Assembly (NCBI RefSeq): GCF_902713615.1
Contig: NW_024055458.1
Span: 186,001-250,000, forward strand
Length of the DNA stretch: 64,000 nucleotides
Direction: 5' to 3'
Origin: Scyliorhinus canicula
Taxonomy: Eukaryota
The notes beneath the pieces were generated by a model. That model did not search any database and was not told where the DNA came from. It worked only from the letters and a program-made list of their open reading frames with translations. Below, one piece after another: positions 13,460 to 25,399 of this stretch. Made by a program: the position numbers and the translations under genes. Position 1 is the stretch's first letter; each line of letters begins with the position of its first letter.

Positions 13460-13593
13460 ATTTTGTGAGATGGGGACTATCGTAACCTCTCCTGAGCTCT
13501 GTCTTTTCGTGATTTTTTGTAATCCTAAACAGCTACGCTTCCCACTGATTCCTTCACCTCTTGGTTCCCTGACTTTCCCTTCGCCCCCAATCT

Positions 13594-14550
13594 CTAGTTT
13601 AAAGTCCTATTGACCACACTATTTACTCTTTTCGCCAGAACACTGGTCCCAGCTCGGTTCAGGTGGAGACCATCCCAACGGTATAGGTCCCCCCTGTCCC
13701 AAAACTGATGCCAGTGTCCCATGAAAAGGAACCCCTCTTTCCCACACCACTCTTTCAGCCACGTGTTAACTTCCCTTATTCTTGCCTCCCTATGCCAATT
13801 TGCACGTGGCTCGGGCAGTAATCCGGAGATTATGACCCTTGAGGACCTGTTTTTTAATTTGAATCCTAACTCTTTATAATCTCTAAACAGGTCCTCTTTC
13901 CTAGACTTGCCTAAGTTGTTGGTACCGACATGGACCACAACAACTGGATCCTCCCCCTCCCTCTCCAATATCCTTTCAAGCCGGTCAGAGATGTCCCGCA
14001 CCCTAGCACCGGGCAGGCAACATACCATGCGGGACCCTCGATCCTGCTCACAAAGGATACTATCTATCCCTCTGATAATAGAATCCCCTACAACTACAAC
14101 TTGCCTATTTACTTCCTCCCCTTGAATGGCCTGCTGAACCATGGTGCCTTGGTCAGCTGACTCATCCTTCGTGCAGCCCTGTTCGCCATCCACACAGGGA
14201 GCAAGTGCCTCGTACCTGTTGGACAGGGTCAAGGGCTGAGGCTCCTGAGTTCCTGACTGCTGGTTCCCTTTACCTGCCTGACTTGCAGTCACACCCTGCT
14301 GTCCCTGGCCACTGGCAGGATTTAAACTATTTACTCTGACAGGTGTGACTGCCTCCTGAAACAAAGTGTCCAGGTAAGCCTCCCCCTCCCGGATGTGCCT
14401 CAGTGTGTGAAGCTCAGACTCCAGCTCATCAACTCTGAGCCGGAGTTCTTCGAGCAGCCAACACTTACTGCAGATGTGGTCGCTGCAGCTCGCAATGGGA
14501 TCTGCCAGCTCCCACATCAAGCAGCTTAAGCACATCACCTGACCAGCCAT
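13594..14550 (-). CDS. CR1 ORF1p, 318 aa: CxxC/CxxC zinc finger, leucine zipper, SGNH/GDSL esterase domain
   Basis: CLSC...CSKC; LRLRVDELESEL; VVGDSIIRG, HVGTNN and DGLHLN motifs. Confidence 0.92.
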   Translation of the reverse strand: MAGQVMCLSCLMWELADPIASCSDHICSKCWLLEELRLRVDELESELHTLRHIREGEAYLDTLFQEAVTPVRVNSLNPASGQGQQGVTASQAGKGNQQSGTQEPQPLTLSNRYEALAPCVDGEQGCTKDESADQGTMVQQAIQGEEVNRQVVVVGDSIIRGIDSILCEQDRGSRMVCCLPGARVRDISDRLERILEREGEDPVVVVHVGTNNLGKSRKEDLFRDYKELGFKLKNRSSRVIISGLLPEPRANWHREARIREVNTWLKEWCGKEGFLFMGHWHQFWDRGDLYRWDGLHLNRAGTSVLAKRVNSVVNRTLN

Positions 14551-14693
14551 CTCTAATTAATTAATTTTTGTTTAATTTAAGTTTACGAGTTTTAAATTTG
14601 GGGCAGATTGGTTATCAACCAATCAGATCACAGCTTCCCTCTGACGTCACTTTTGAAAAAAAAGTGGAAAACAGGAAGTTACCGTTAGGTCTG

Positions 14694-14982
14694 TATACTC
14701 ACCCAGAGACTGCTCCTCCTCCTCTGAACGGCTCCCGAAACTAGGCCTCGATCCCCGGTTTAAAGTGAGTTTTTATACTCACCCAGAGATTGCTCCACCT
14801 CCTCTGAACGGCTCCCGAAACTAGGCCTCGATCCCCGGGTTAAAGTGAGTTTTTATACTCACCCAGAGACTGCTCCTCCTCCCCTGAACGGCTCCCGAAA
14901 CTTGACCTCGATCCCCGGGTTAAAGTGAGTTTTTATACTCACCCAGAGATTGCTCCTCCTCCTCTGAACGGCTGAAACTAGG
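14694..14982. repeat. 80-bp tandem repeat, ~3.6 copies, in the LINE 5'UTR
   Basis: TATACTCACCCAGAGA recurs at 14694, 14774, 14854 and 14934. Confidence 0.95.
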
Positions 14983-15091
14983 CTAACAGACAGAACTTTT
15001 TTTTTTGGTTAGAGGAGGAGGATGGGTGGGAGACACTACGTAAGTAGTGTTTCGGGTAAAGCTGTCACTCAAGAACAGCCCCTTCACAAAC

Positions 15092-15440
15092 CACCTTCAA
15101 CTTACGCTGACCGCACTGCACGTATGCCAATGTCCCCAGAACAGCCAATCAGAAGCTCTGCTCTGCTGCCCTCTGCTGGATGCTTGACTTCCGTCGAACT
15201 CCTCGGGTCACTGATGCAGGTGCACCTTCAACTTACGCTGACCGCACTGCACGTATGCCAATGTCCCCAGAACAGCCAATGAGAAGCTCTGCTCTGCTGC
15301 CCTCTGCTGGATGCTTGACTTCCGTCGAACTCCTCGGGTCACTGATGCAGGTGCACCTTCAAATTACGCTGACCGCACTGCACGTATGCAAATGTCCCCA
15401 GAACAGCCAATCAGAAGCTCTGCTCTGCTGCCCTCTGCTG
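15092..15440. repeat. 131-bp tandem repeat, ~2.7 copies, at the LINE 5' end
   Basis: CACCTTCAA recurs at 15092, 15223 and 15354. Confidence 0.95.
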
Positions 15441-16454
15441 TATCCTTAGACTGTGACACCTTGTTCTAGCTTTGCCGGCCATCGGGACCATCCTCTCTGC
15501 ATCCGCCCTGTCTAGTCCTGTTGCGATTTGATCGGTTTATAATCAGAGCGGAAAATTAATTCATATCTCATTAATCAGTGTTCTCTGTTTTCTGACCCTT
15601 CTTCCAGTGAATTAAGTTTCTTCCTAACTAATCAAACAAAACCATTCCGATTTTGACAATTTTCACCAGGCCTTCCCATAACATGCTGGGTTATAAGGAA
15701 AACAATCCCAGCTTCCAACCGCTCTGACCGTGCAGCTGATGCAGTGAGAAGATCAGGTTGTACATATGTTTCTGCCTTGCTTGCATTTAGATGCTATTTT
15801 TGGAATAACTGATATTTTATATGGAGCCAATGGACATCCCATTCACCATTACCATTGTGTCCGAATAAGACCAAGACTAATAAAAGACCAACCTCTGAAA
15901 ATTAAATTGACCCAAGTAAGACTGGACCCAGAGTTTGAACTTTAGATACACTGAGCAATATATCAGAATGTCAAAATACAAACCATGATAGGTTAGCAGT
16001 CTTGTCTAGTGGAATCCATATCACCTCCCACAACAGATACCTGAGCCCATGATCCAGACCTGTGATCGAATTCAGGAGGAGTGTATTATGTTCAGTTGTT
16101 CCATCTTTTAGATGTGATGATTTCAGTCTTAGGGGTAGTTTCGCAAGATTATTACAAAACTGGTAACCTGGAGGTCTGAACTAATACTCCAGACACAGGA
16201 GTGCAAATTCCTCCAGGGCATATTACAGTGCTGTGAACGGTTTGGTCTCCTTATGTAAAGATAGATATTTGGGGGCAGTCCCGAGAGTGGAGGGATTTTC
16301 AAAGGCAGGTAGCATTTCACAGCACCGACAGAGGCTCTTCGGCCCATCGGTCCTCTGTCTGTCAGCAAATAAAGAAGAATCCGGCCTTGAATCACAGACC
16401 TTGCGGTAAACCGCCAAACACGCTGACCAATTGCACCACAGAGACTGACATGAG

Positions 16455-16900
16455 GAGAGCTTAAGTAGGTTAGGACTACACGCATTGGAGTTTAGAAGAA
16501 TGAGAGGCGAAGTTACTGAGATTTATAGTTATCTCAGGGCACTTGACAATGTAGATGTTAAAGGTTGTTTCGGCTTGTGGGAGGGTCTAGGACCATAGGG
16601 CACAATCTAAGTGTAAGGTGCCACTCATTTCAGACGAGGATGAGGAGGAATTTCTTCTCTCAGAGGGTAGTGATTCTCTAGAATTCTTTGCCATAGAGAG
16701 TTGGCCTGGTCAATCAATGTGTTCAAGGCTGAGACAGACAGATTCTTCATCAGTAAGGGAATCAAGGGTTATGGGGATGACGTGGAAATGTGGAGTTGAG
16801 GATTTTTACCAGATTTGCCACGAACTCATTGAATGGCAGATCAGATTCCATGGGCCGAATGACCAATTTCTGCTTCTAGATCTTATGGTTTTATGGCAGC
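16455..16900 (+). mobile_element. Degraded CR1 3' fragment
   Basis: GAGTTTAGAAGAATGAGAGG, GAGGAGGAATTTCTTCTCTCAGAGGG and TCTTATGG tail. Confidence 0.75.
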
Positions 16901-18369
16901 TGTAGATACTTTCAATTGAATGACTTAATCAAGCAGAAAAAAATCGACGTGTCATTTATAATACTTATGAAGCTATCGAACTTTCGCAACGCCCAGCAGG
17001 TTCAGCAAGGTCCTTCAGGAGAAGAAAGCTTCCTTACTTACTCTGTCTGGTCCATATGTGACTCTACTTCAACAATGATGTGGTTGACTGTTAACTATCT
17101 CTGATATTGCCGAGCAAGCAAGTCAGTTCAACGGAACATGCTACAGAAAGTCAAATGTGAATAAAATCGCTCGAAATACACCTTATTAAAAAGGTGGTTC
17201 ACATCCCGCTTCTCAGGATGGACAGTTAATGCTGACTTTGTCACTCATGGCTATATAGCGAGAATGAACCCAAAACTCTGCAAAGTGCTGCAGATTCTGG
17301 AAATCTAAAACAAAAGCAACAAAAAAGGCTGCTCAGCAGGTCAGTGAGCATCAGCAGAGAGGGGAACAGATTCACATTTCAGGTGGATTACCTCACTGAT
17401 ATAATTCTAAAGAGCAGAGCTGCTTTTCCCAGTATCTTGGACCAATGTCGGTTCTTCATCTAAAGTCACAAATTAGCTGGTCACTTATCACATCTCCATT
17501 TGTTGGAGCGTGCTGTACACAAATTCCCTGCTCTGTTTCCAACATTAGAGCAGTGACTAAATTCAGCAAAAATATATCAGTGAGTTTTAAGGGCGTTGGT
17601 ATGATCTGAGGTCGGGTAAAGCGTTTTACAAAAGCAAGCTTAACATTTTTAAATGCAGGTTGTAATATGTCGCAAGATCTGAGATTGATGTGACTACAGA
17701 TCAATCCTCTGCCTGATGTTTCAATTTATTTACTTTAAATCGGCTAATGTTTCAATCAAATTAACATTCAGTGGAAAAGTAGCTGGTTAAAGATGCTTTA
17801 TTAATTGAGGTATCAGAACTTTCAGAATGAATACTTTATTTAAAGTATGTTTTATTTCAATTAAGTAACATCTGTTCTAATGGAAGTTTCTATTCATTTA
17901 ACCAACTGTCAATATTCTTAAAATAAACCGCTATTTTGAGTTGAAACTAATCAATAAGTGACTGTGTTTATCTCGTTTTGCTGACATGAACATCTCATTG
18001 TGACCAGTGAGGTTTTTATGTAAATAAACTCAGAAATAGAAGTTCCAGATTAGATTGCGGACTGAGAAAAGCAAAACAAATGTTTCCCCACCAACACAGC
18101 ACAGAAATAGAGACAAAATTGCAAATAGATCAACGGATTCCAGTAGCGTTTGTTTTTTGACATTTTTTTATTCATCGGTTATATGAGAAAAATGTCATTA
18201 TGCTACCCATGTTCATAATTAGGAATGATTCCCTCCAATCTCTAAATATAAGGACATGTCAAGTGGGTTAGTAGAATTTTCCTGTATCCTATCTCTCTCT
18301 GTGTCTTTCTCATAACTGGTTTATCTCATGTCTCTCCACGAAGGGTCATTGTCTTTAATCGACATGTGG

Positions 18370-18520
18370 CCAACACTAATAACAATTTTACTGTGAAAAG
18401 CTCCGAGTCGCCACATTCCGGCGCCTCGTTTAGGTAAGCTGGAACGGGAATATGAACCTGCGCTGCTGGTCTTGTTCTGCATCACTAACCAGCTGTCTAG
18501 CCCACTGAGCTAAACCAGGC
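18370..18520 (-). mobile_element. Short tRNA-derived SINE
   Basis: Reverse strand reads GGTTTAGCTCAGTGGGCTAG...GGTTCATATTCCC, with the GTGGCGACT/CACAGT tail; related copy at 51030-51200. Confidence 0.65.
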
Positions 18521-18719
18521 CTCTCAGCCCGAACTGGCTTCCAACTAAATGGATCGAATCCGATTTACGCTAAAATGAGGTTGAAGCATTCAATGACCTT
18601 GGAGTGTTTAATGAGAACTGTAGAGACAATTTTCCTCTATATCTGATTTGGAATGCACATGGTGGTTGAGGATTTGATGTGGCATGGCCGAAGAATCTTT
18701 CCTTGCACTTAATCAAGCT

Positions 18720-19170
18720 GCCAGGATATTGGAGCATTTGACTGAACAGTGTAGAGCAAGCTTTACTTGCATGTAACCTGCACTGAACCTGCCCTGTGAG
18801 TTTTTGACATGACTGTGCACAGGGAGATTTACTCAGTGTCTGAACTGTGCTGTACCTGACCTGGGTGAGTTTGATAGGAAAATGCAGAGGTTTCTTTACC
18901 CAGTAACTAACCCCACTGTCAACCTGTCTTGGGGATCTCTGAAGGAAGAGGGCAGAGAGGTTTTGCGTGGTGTCGAACTCTTGGCTTCCAGGCAGTTAAT
19001 GTGTTTGAGCGAGTTATTTAGAGGGAATTTAATTATATATCTAAACAGTCTGCAGCTGTTCTGAGAATGTTTGATGGGGACAGTGTGAGGGAGTTTCTCT
19101 TTGTCTCCAACCTGTGATGCACCTGTCCTGCGAGTGTTTGAAGGGACAGTCGTCCCTGGCTCTGTATTGA
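18720..19170. repeat. Degenerate shark satellite-like repeat (GTGCTGTACCTG.CCTGGG.GTGTTTGATGGG.ACAGTGT)
   Basis: Several degenerate recurrences of the motif. Confidence 0.55.
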
Positions 19171-20384
19171 ACCAGGCCGTGAGTCCGTCTCTGTTTATAT
19201 TATACTACCTTGTACCTGTGTCAGTTTATATTAAATAAGGACCTATTTCTCTTTGTTCATATTAAACTAGGCCACCAATTAGAGGACATGTCTTGATCAA
19301 TAAGGCGTTCAGGAGTTATTGGGAGAAGGCAGGAGAATGGGGATTAGGAACATATTGGCCATGGTTTAATGGCGGAGCAGTCTCGATGGGTCGAATGGCC
19401 TAATTCTGCTCCTATATGTTATGGATTTATGAATCCAGTTTGTCTCTCTTTACATTAATCTAGAACCTGACTCTGTTTCTATTAATTTAAACCTGTCTCT
19501 GTATTACATTAGGTACAGCCTCAGTTCTGCCCTGGACCATATCTCTGTTCATATTACATTGACCCGGCCTCAGTAATTGCTGTGGAAGACCACGCACAAT
19601 AATTTGGAAAGTAGCTGAGCTGGAAATGGTGAAGAGTTTTAAAAAACTGAGGGAAAAGTGATAGTCTAAAACTCTTCAGAAAGCAATGCTGATCTATGTC
19701 CAGATAAACGTCATAGTCTGTCTTGTCAGCACGCTAGATGCATCTACACACAAGCGCAGACCTCCCTGATCTTCTTGCAGCCACTTCAACTTGTACAACT
19801 GAACTTCTATTGCCTGAGCCTAGTGCAATAAACTAAGGGAATGGAATAGTTGGAATTGTGTAACATAAACAAAGGACCATTAGATAAATAACTGAGACAG
19901 AAGCTAATGTTACAGCAACATTCATTCTCTTCACAGCAGGCACACAGTAGCTGCATTGTGTAACATCGACGGGATGCACTGCAGCAAATCGCCAAGATTT
20001 CTTCAACAGCACCTTCAATACCCGAGAACTCCGAGAATCACAAGGGCAGCAAGCACATGGGAACACAATACTCTGCATCCTCCTCACATACAGCTCTCTG
20101 GGTAGGAATTGGTCTTGGGCACCGGCAAAGAAGAAATGATATCTGAACTCTAATTCTGCTGACGGCACTGAAAATGAATATCAAATGCTGCAGAGCATAC
20201 ACTGTACACACTGGACATCCGTTGCAGGTTGTTGCCATATACTGATTTATTGTCCAAAATATGTATCATATTATCTTTCCATCTCAAAGACATGTGGAAT
20301 AATGCGCCCACAGTTAAAAGCAGAGGTATCATCCAGTGGATTAATAAAAGTGAGCAGGTCTCGGAAAAAGTAGGCAGATTCAGG

Positions 20385-20693
20385 ATCAAATATAGAATCC
20401 CTACAAGGCAGAAGGCCGCTCGGCCCATAGGATCTGCACCAACCTCTGAAATATAACCCTCCTCAATCCCCCGCCCTTGCACCATGACCTATGCATCCTT
20501 GGACACTGAGGTGCAATTTCGAATGGCCAATCCACCTAACCTGCACATATTTGGACTATGGGAGGAAACCGGAGCACACGGAGGAAAGCCACGAAGACAC
20601 AGGGGGAAAGTAAAAACTCCACACAGATAGTCAGGAATTGAACCCCGGCGCTATGAGGCAGCAGTGGTACCCACTATGCCACCATGCCGCCGA
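20385..20693 (-). mobile_element. V-SINE (HE1-like), diverged
   Basis: GGCCAATCCACCTAACCTGCAC...GGAGGAAACCGGAGCA core on the + strand. Confidence 0.8.
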
Positions 20694-21289
20694 TGGCATA
20701 AGCAGAGATTGGGTCTAGTGCAATATAATCTGAGTTCTGGTTGAGGTGAGTGTGGTCTGATACAAATCGAGACATGATCAATGCAGCAATAAGAGGGATA
20801 TCGTAAAATACAAGAGTAACAGAGGCAGGGTCCAGTATTATATAAACAGGGGTATGGACATGTGCAGCATTAACTAAAGCAGGATTGAGTTTATTGGAAT
20901 TTAACTATCTAGTCGAGTAATAACTGAGACCGAACAACTTGTGATGCAAACAGGATGTTGTTCCAGTTACGATGCAGAGATAAACGTTCTGATGCTGTAA
21001 CCATTGTGACGTGTTTCTTGTCAGACTAACCGAGACATGAGTCAGTGCGTCATAATTAAGGATTTGTAACATAAACTGGGTGTGAGCCCCGGATATTAAC
21101 AACTGATATTCAGCCGAGTGCAGGAAAACTGAGACAGGACCTGCTGCAATGTGCTCGAGACATGGCCGAGTGTAATGTAAACAGAGGCGGGGGCTAGGTG
21201 AATGTAAGCAGAGAAATGATATGTTTGAAATGATTTAATGGGATCTTGGAGTCGCCAGTAACGTCAACATTTGCTGTCAATTCCTCATT

Positions 21290-22640
21290 TCCCTTGAGAA
21301 TGTGGTGCTGAGCCCGCTTTATGAACCATTGCACTCCATACTGAGTACGTACACCCTTAGAGGTGACAGGAAGGGAGTTCCAGGATTTTGACCAGTGACA
21401 ATGAAGGAACAGAGACATAGTTCACATCAAGGTGGTTTGAGGCCTGGTGGGTAACTTGCAGGTCCTGCTGTTACAATGCATCTGCCGGGCCTGGTCCTTT
21501 TAGGCGGCTGAGTTCCTGTGTTAGAAGGCGTTATAGAGGGAGGCAGTTGCTGCATTAGATCCTTGTGCGTCGTTCAAGCTACTAGAATTGTGCACCCGTG
21601 ATGCAGGGAGTGAATGTTTAAATTGGTGGATGGGGTGTTCGTCCAGCCGGCTGCTTTGCCCTTGGTGGCGTCGAGATCTCACGTGTTGCTTAAGGGGCAC
21701 ACGTGAGACCAATGGAGATATTCAGTCAAACACCTGACTTCTGCCGTATAGATTCTGGATAGGGGTTGGGAAGTCACGAGGTGAGTTACACACCGCAGAA
21801 TTTCCAGCCACTGGCATGCTCTTGTAGCCACATTTTTTAAGTGTTCAGTTTTTGAGCAATGATAATCCCTAGGATATTGATAGTGGGGGATTCAATCACG
21901 GTGGTATAATTTTAAATCGAGGAGAGACGGTTAGAATCTCCCTTTTTGGGATGGTCATTGCCTGACACTTGCCAGCCCAAGCCGGAATGCTGTCCAAGTC
22001 TTGCTGCATATGAAGACAGACTACTTCAGTATTTGAGGAGTCGAATATGGTGCAGAACATTGGGTAATGATCAGCGATCATCCCCAGTTCTGGCCTTATG
22101 ATGAAGGGTGAAGCTTGGACCGGGGACACTATCCACGGACACTATATGTTACTGGATGATCCTTGACACTTTTTATAAAGTGGCTGATGATCAAATGCGG
22201 AGTGATAGGGAAATAATTGGCTGGGTTGGATTTATCCCGCGTTTCATGAACGGGTCATGTTTAGCAATGTTGCACATTGTTGGGTACAAGCCAGTGCTGT
22301 ATCTGCACTGGAGGAAGTTTCTTGGGGCGCAGCCAGTTCTGGAGCACAAACCTTCAGTATTGTTGCTATAATGTTGCCAGGTCTAATAACGTTTGCAGCG
22401 CTGCCAGCCATTTCTTGATATGGTGTGGAGGGATCTAACTTCCTGAAGACTGACATCCACGATGATGCAGACCACTGGAGGAGGCCGAGATGGACCATCC
22501 TCTCGGCACCTCTGGCAGAAACTTTCAGTCTTGTTTTTTGCACTGATGTGCTTGGATCCCCCATCATTGAAGAGGGGAATTTTGTTGAGGCTCCTGCTCC
22601 GGCTAGTTCATTACTATTCAGGACTGGATGTTGCTGAACT
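21290..22640 (-). mobile_element. Ancient non-LTR retrotransposon RT fragments
   Basis: Residual MQQDLDSIPAWA..KCQAMTI motif; same family at 25400-26220. Confidence 0.6.
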
Positions 22641-23479
22641 GCAAAGGTAGATCCTATCCATTAAAAATAGGATCACAGTGATTGTGTGATATAAACATTG
22701 ACATGTACCGGTGCAGTATTAATTGAAACAGAGTGCCGTGTAATGTAAACAGAGACTGAGTCTAGTCTAAAAAAAACCAGATAGAGCCCAATTTAAAATT
22801 AAAAGAGACAGGGATTAGTGCAGTAATTATTGTGGCAATGTCTGCTTCATGTAATGTAAAGCATCTCGATTTAAATTCCATCTGCTGGCCAAACTTTGCA
22901 ATTGCAGTTACTGTGAAAATGTTGCTGTCAGGTGTGATCCATGATGTTGATGGGTCAATAATTCATTTCCACAAATGTAATATCACATCGCCTTCTGCGG
23001 AGCTGCTAAAATCTCAGGTTTAACTTATTGCAGGTGTTGGTGGCTGATTCTTGAGCAGTGAGGTCAGTGCCAGAGCAAAGCGGCTGAATCCCTGGTCGCG
23101 CGTTTTTGTTCATATTTGTTAAATGGAGGAGTGTGGGCCCTGTATGGAGTCCAAAGGAAATGTAACATTCAACTTAACGTACATGATGTTGGGGCGAATT
23201 TGTTGGTCCATTATACCAGCTGAAAGACGTTGGGGTCATTGGCTCCAAAGCCTCCAAGGAAGTTAAGATGGGATCTTAAGTTGAATGGGAAATTGTGGGT
23301 GTGCGTGTAAGACAGAGAGAATGCGTGTGTGAGAGACTATATATCTGTGTTTCGTGTGTGTGTGCGAAAGCACCCATGCTGTGTACAACTGAATGTCACT
23401 CAGGTCACAGGCATCCTTCAATTTCCAATAGATAACCAACAAATATCCACTGATTTCGAGACAAGTGTTGCACATGAAG

Positions 23480-25220
23480 CTCCCAATTGTCGTTCTGGGT
23501 TTTCATATTCTCGGTTTGTGTCAATGTCAAAGCTGCTAAATCCACTGGTCCTGGTGGCTCACGCCAGCCCACCGGAAGTGCCGCCATGTTTTCCGTTTGC
23601 TGCTGGTGACACCCAATTGCGATGCTCAATATCTCGGTTTAGGGACATTATGTCAAACTTAGAAGAAACCTTGAAGTGGAATATTTGGCTCCCCACTGGA
23701 TGCGTGGCTCCAGCTGCTTCGCGAAGTGGAAATTCATGTGACCATCTTCCATTTGGAGACCACACTAGAACCGTGCAAACCACCTTTTTTGATTGTTTTG
23801 AAGGGACTTGGAAGCTCTGTCTTTGAGAGCAATGCTGCATTTCTGATTTTGTCCTGCCAGTAAATATCCATAATGCACTGCGGACGACAAAGATGAAATT
23901 TTTTGAGCTATTTTTCTTGACAGCTGCAAGTGTTCCTTGTTTCACAGACATACGACAAGGTTCATAGAATCATAGAATTTACAGTGCAAAAGGAGGCTAT
24001 TCGGCCCATCAAGTCCCTTGGAGACAGCATCCTACCTAACCCGTACTTCCACCCTATCCCCACATCTCCACCCTATCTCTGTAATACCATCTGACCTTTT
24101 ATGGATGCTAATAGTAATTTAGCATAGCCAATCCAACTATCCTGGACATCTTAGGACTGTGGGAGGGAACCGGAGCGCCCGGAGGAACCCACGCAGACAC
24201 GGAGAGAATTTGCAGACTCTGCACAGTGACCCAAGGCAGAAATTGAACCGGTGAGCCTGAAGCTATGGAGCAACTGTGCTTGCCACTGTTCTAACTTGCT
24301 GGCCTAAGGTTCTGAGAGTTTAGGCCTTATAAACCATTAGCTCATTCCAAAGCTTGATGTTATTCCATGGACATTTTAATGAGTCAAACAAAGGTAGTAC
24401 CTGCTTTCCCCATGTCAGCATCATGTTCTACATCAAGGCTGAAAGTGCAACACCTTGTCCATGATCACTGTTTTCCTCATGCTTATGGCAAGGAAGAACA
24501 AGTTACAGGCATTGGCGACAGAGTCCATGAGTCTCTCTGGATGAGGTTTTGTTTGGATGATAGAATTTTCAGCCTAGAGGAATTCTCTGATGCGGATGCA
24601 TTGTGATTTTGTATCAGTTTTGATAACTGAAAGGTTGTAGGGGTTGCAGCCTGACCGAGTGTGCTAGTGGATTTCATCCATATCTTCAGGGAAGGCAAAG
24701 ATCAGCAGCTTGAAGAGAAAGCTCCCGAATAGAGTTGGGTAAATCACACGGTCCTCTTTCACTCAAGTATTCACTTAGAATCTGTCGGAAGTGGAATCGT
24801 CAATCTGTACAATGCAGTGCATTTTGCCATGGAAGAAGTGAATGAGACAGGAGAGCTTTAGCAGACAGCCAATTATCCCCAAAACCTATAGTCTCTGCTC
24901 TGCTGACGGTGTCGAATGTTTATTGATGTTGATGAAAGCAAGGTGAAGAGGTAGACTTGTGGTATAGGGAACAGATCACGCCCAGAGTAAATATTGCGAC
25001 ACAAACACCACACCTTACTTCCAGCTACATTCGGCCTGCAAGTAGATGATGTATTTAAAGTGTGAAGCTAGCAAAGGCCTTCCCAGTGCTGCTATGAGTG
25101 AGATATGTCAATAGTTGCTGCAGTTTCCTCTGTCCACTTTGTTTTCAGATATTGGTTATGATTTTGCATCATGAATCTCCTGTGGGATGGTTTATATCTT
25201 CCATCAGAGAAGGAGAAGGC
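23480..25220 (-). mobile_element. Degraded RTE-clade LINE, interrupted by a SINE at 23965-24290
   Basis: Minus strand 23700-23950 reads FHL(C)C...WQDKIRNAALLSK..LPS....MEDG, like the RTE RT C-terminus. Confidence 0.6.
23965..24290 (-). mobile_element. V-SINE (HE1-like)
   Basis: (TCTATGA)n tail, V-domain and B box. Confidence 0.8.
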
Positions 25221-25399
25221 CACAAATGTTCAGAAACACAGTAATTATATTCATCAATCTTCATTCAATTATGAATATAAATAATTGAATTCACCAATTA
25301 CCGTCGTTTCACAAAAATTAATACAGTTGTAAATTAAGTTATATGGTGCGGGTGTGGCTAGTTGGGCCATGATTTATTGACCATCGCTAATTGTCTTTC

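Larger units (their letters stand above)
10497..15440 (-). mobile_element. Near full-length CR1-clade LINE (5'UTR with tandem repeats, ORF1, ORF2, (TCTTATGG)n tail)
   Basis: Two long ORFs; empty site in copy A (CCCCGTATCCTTAGAC, ~4730); GTATC at both junctions (10492-10496, 15440-15444). Confidence 0.96.
7560..18715. repeat. Segmental duplication copy B (expanded by insertions)
   Basis: Same anchors as copy A, interrupted by SINEs, CR1 fragments and the 4.9-kb LINE. Confidence 0.9.
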
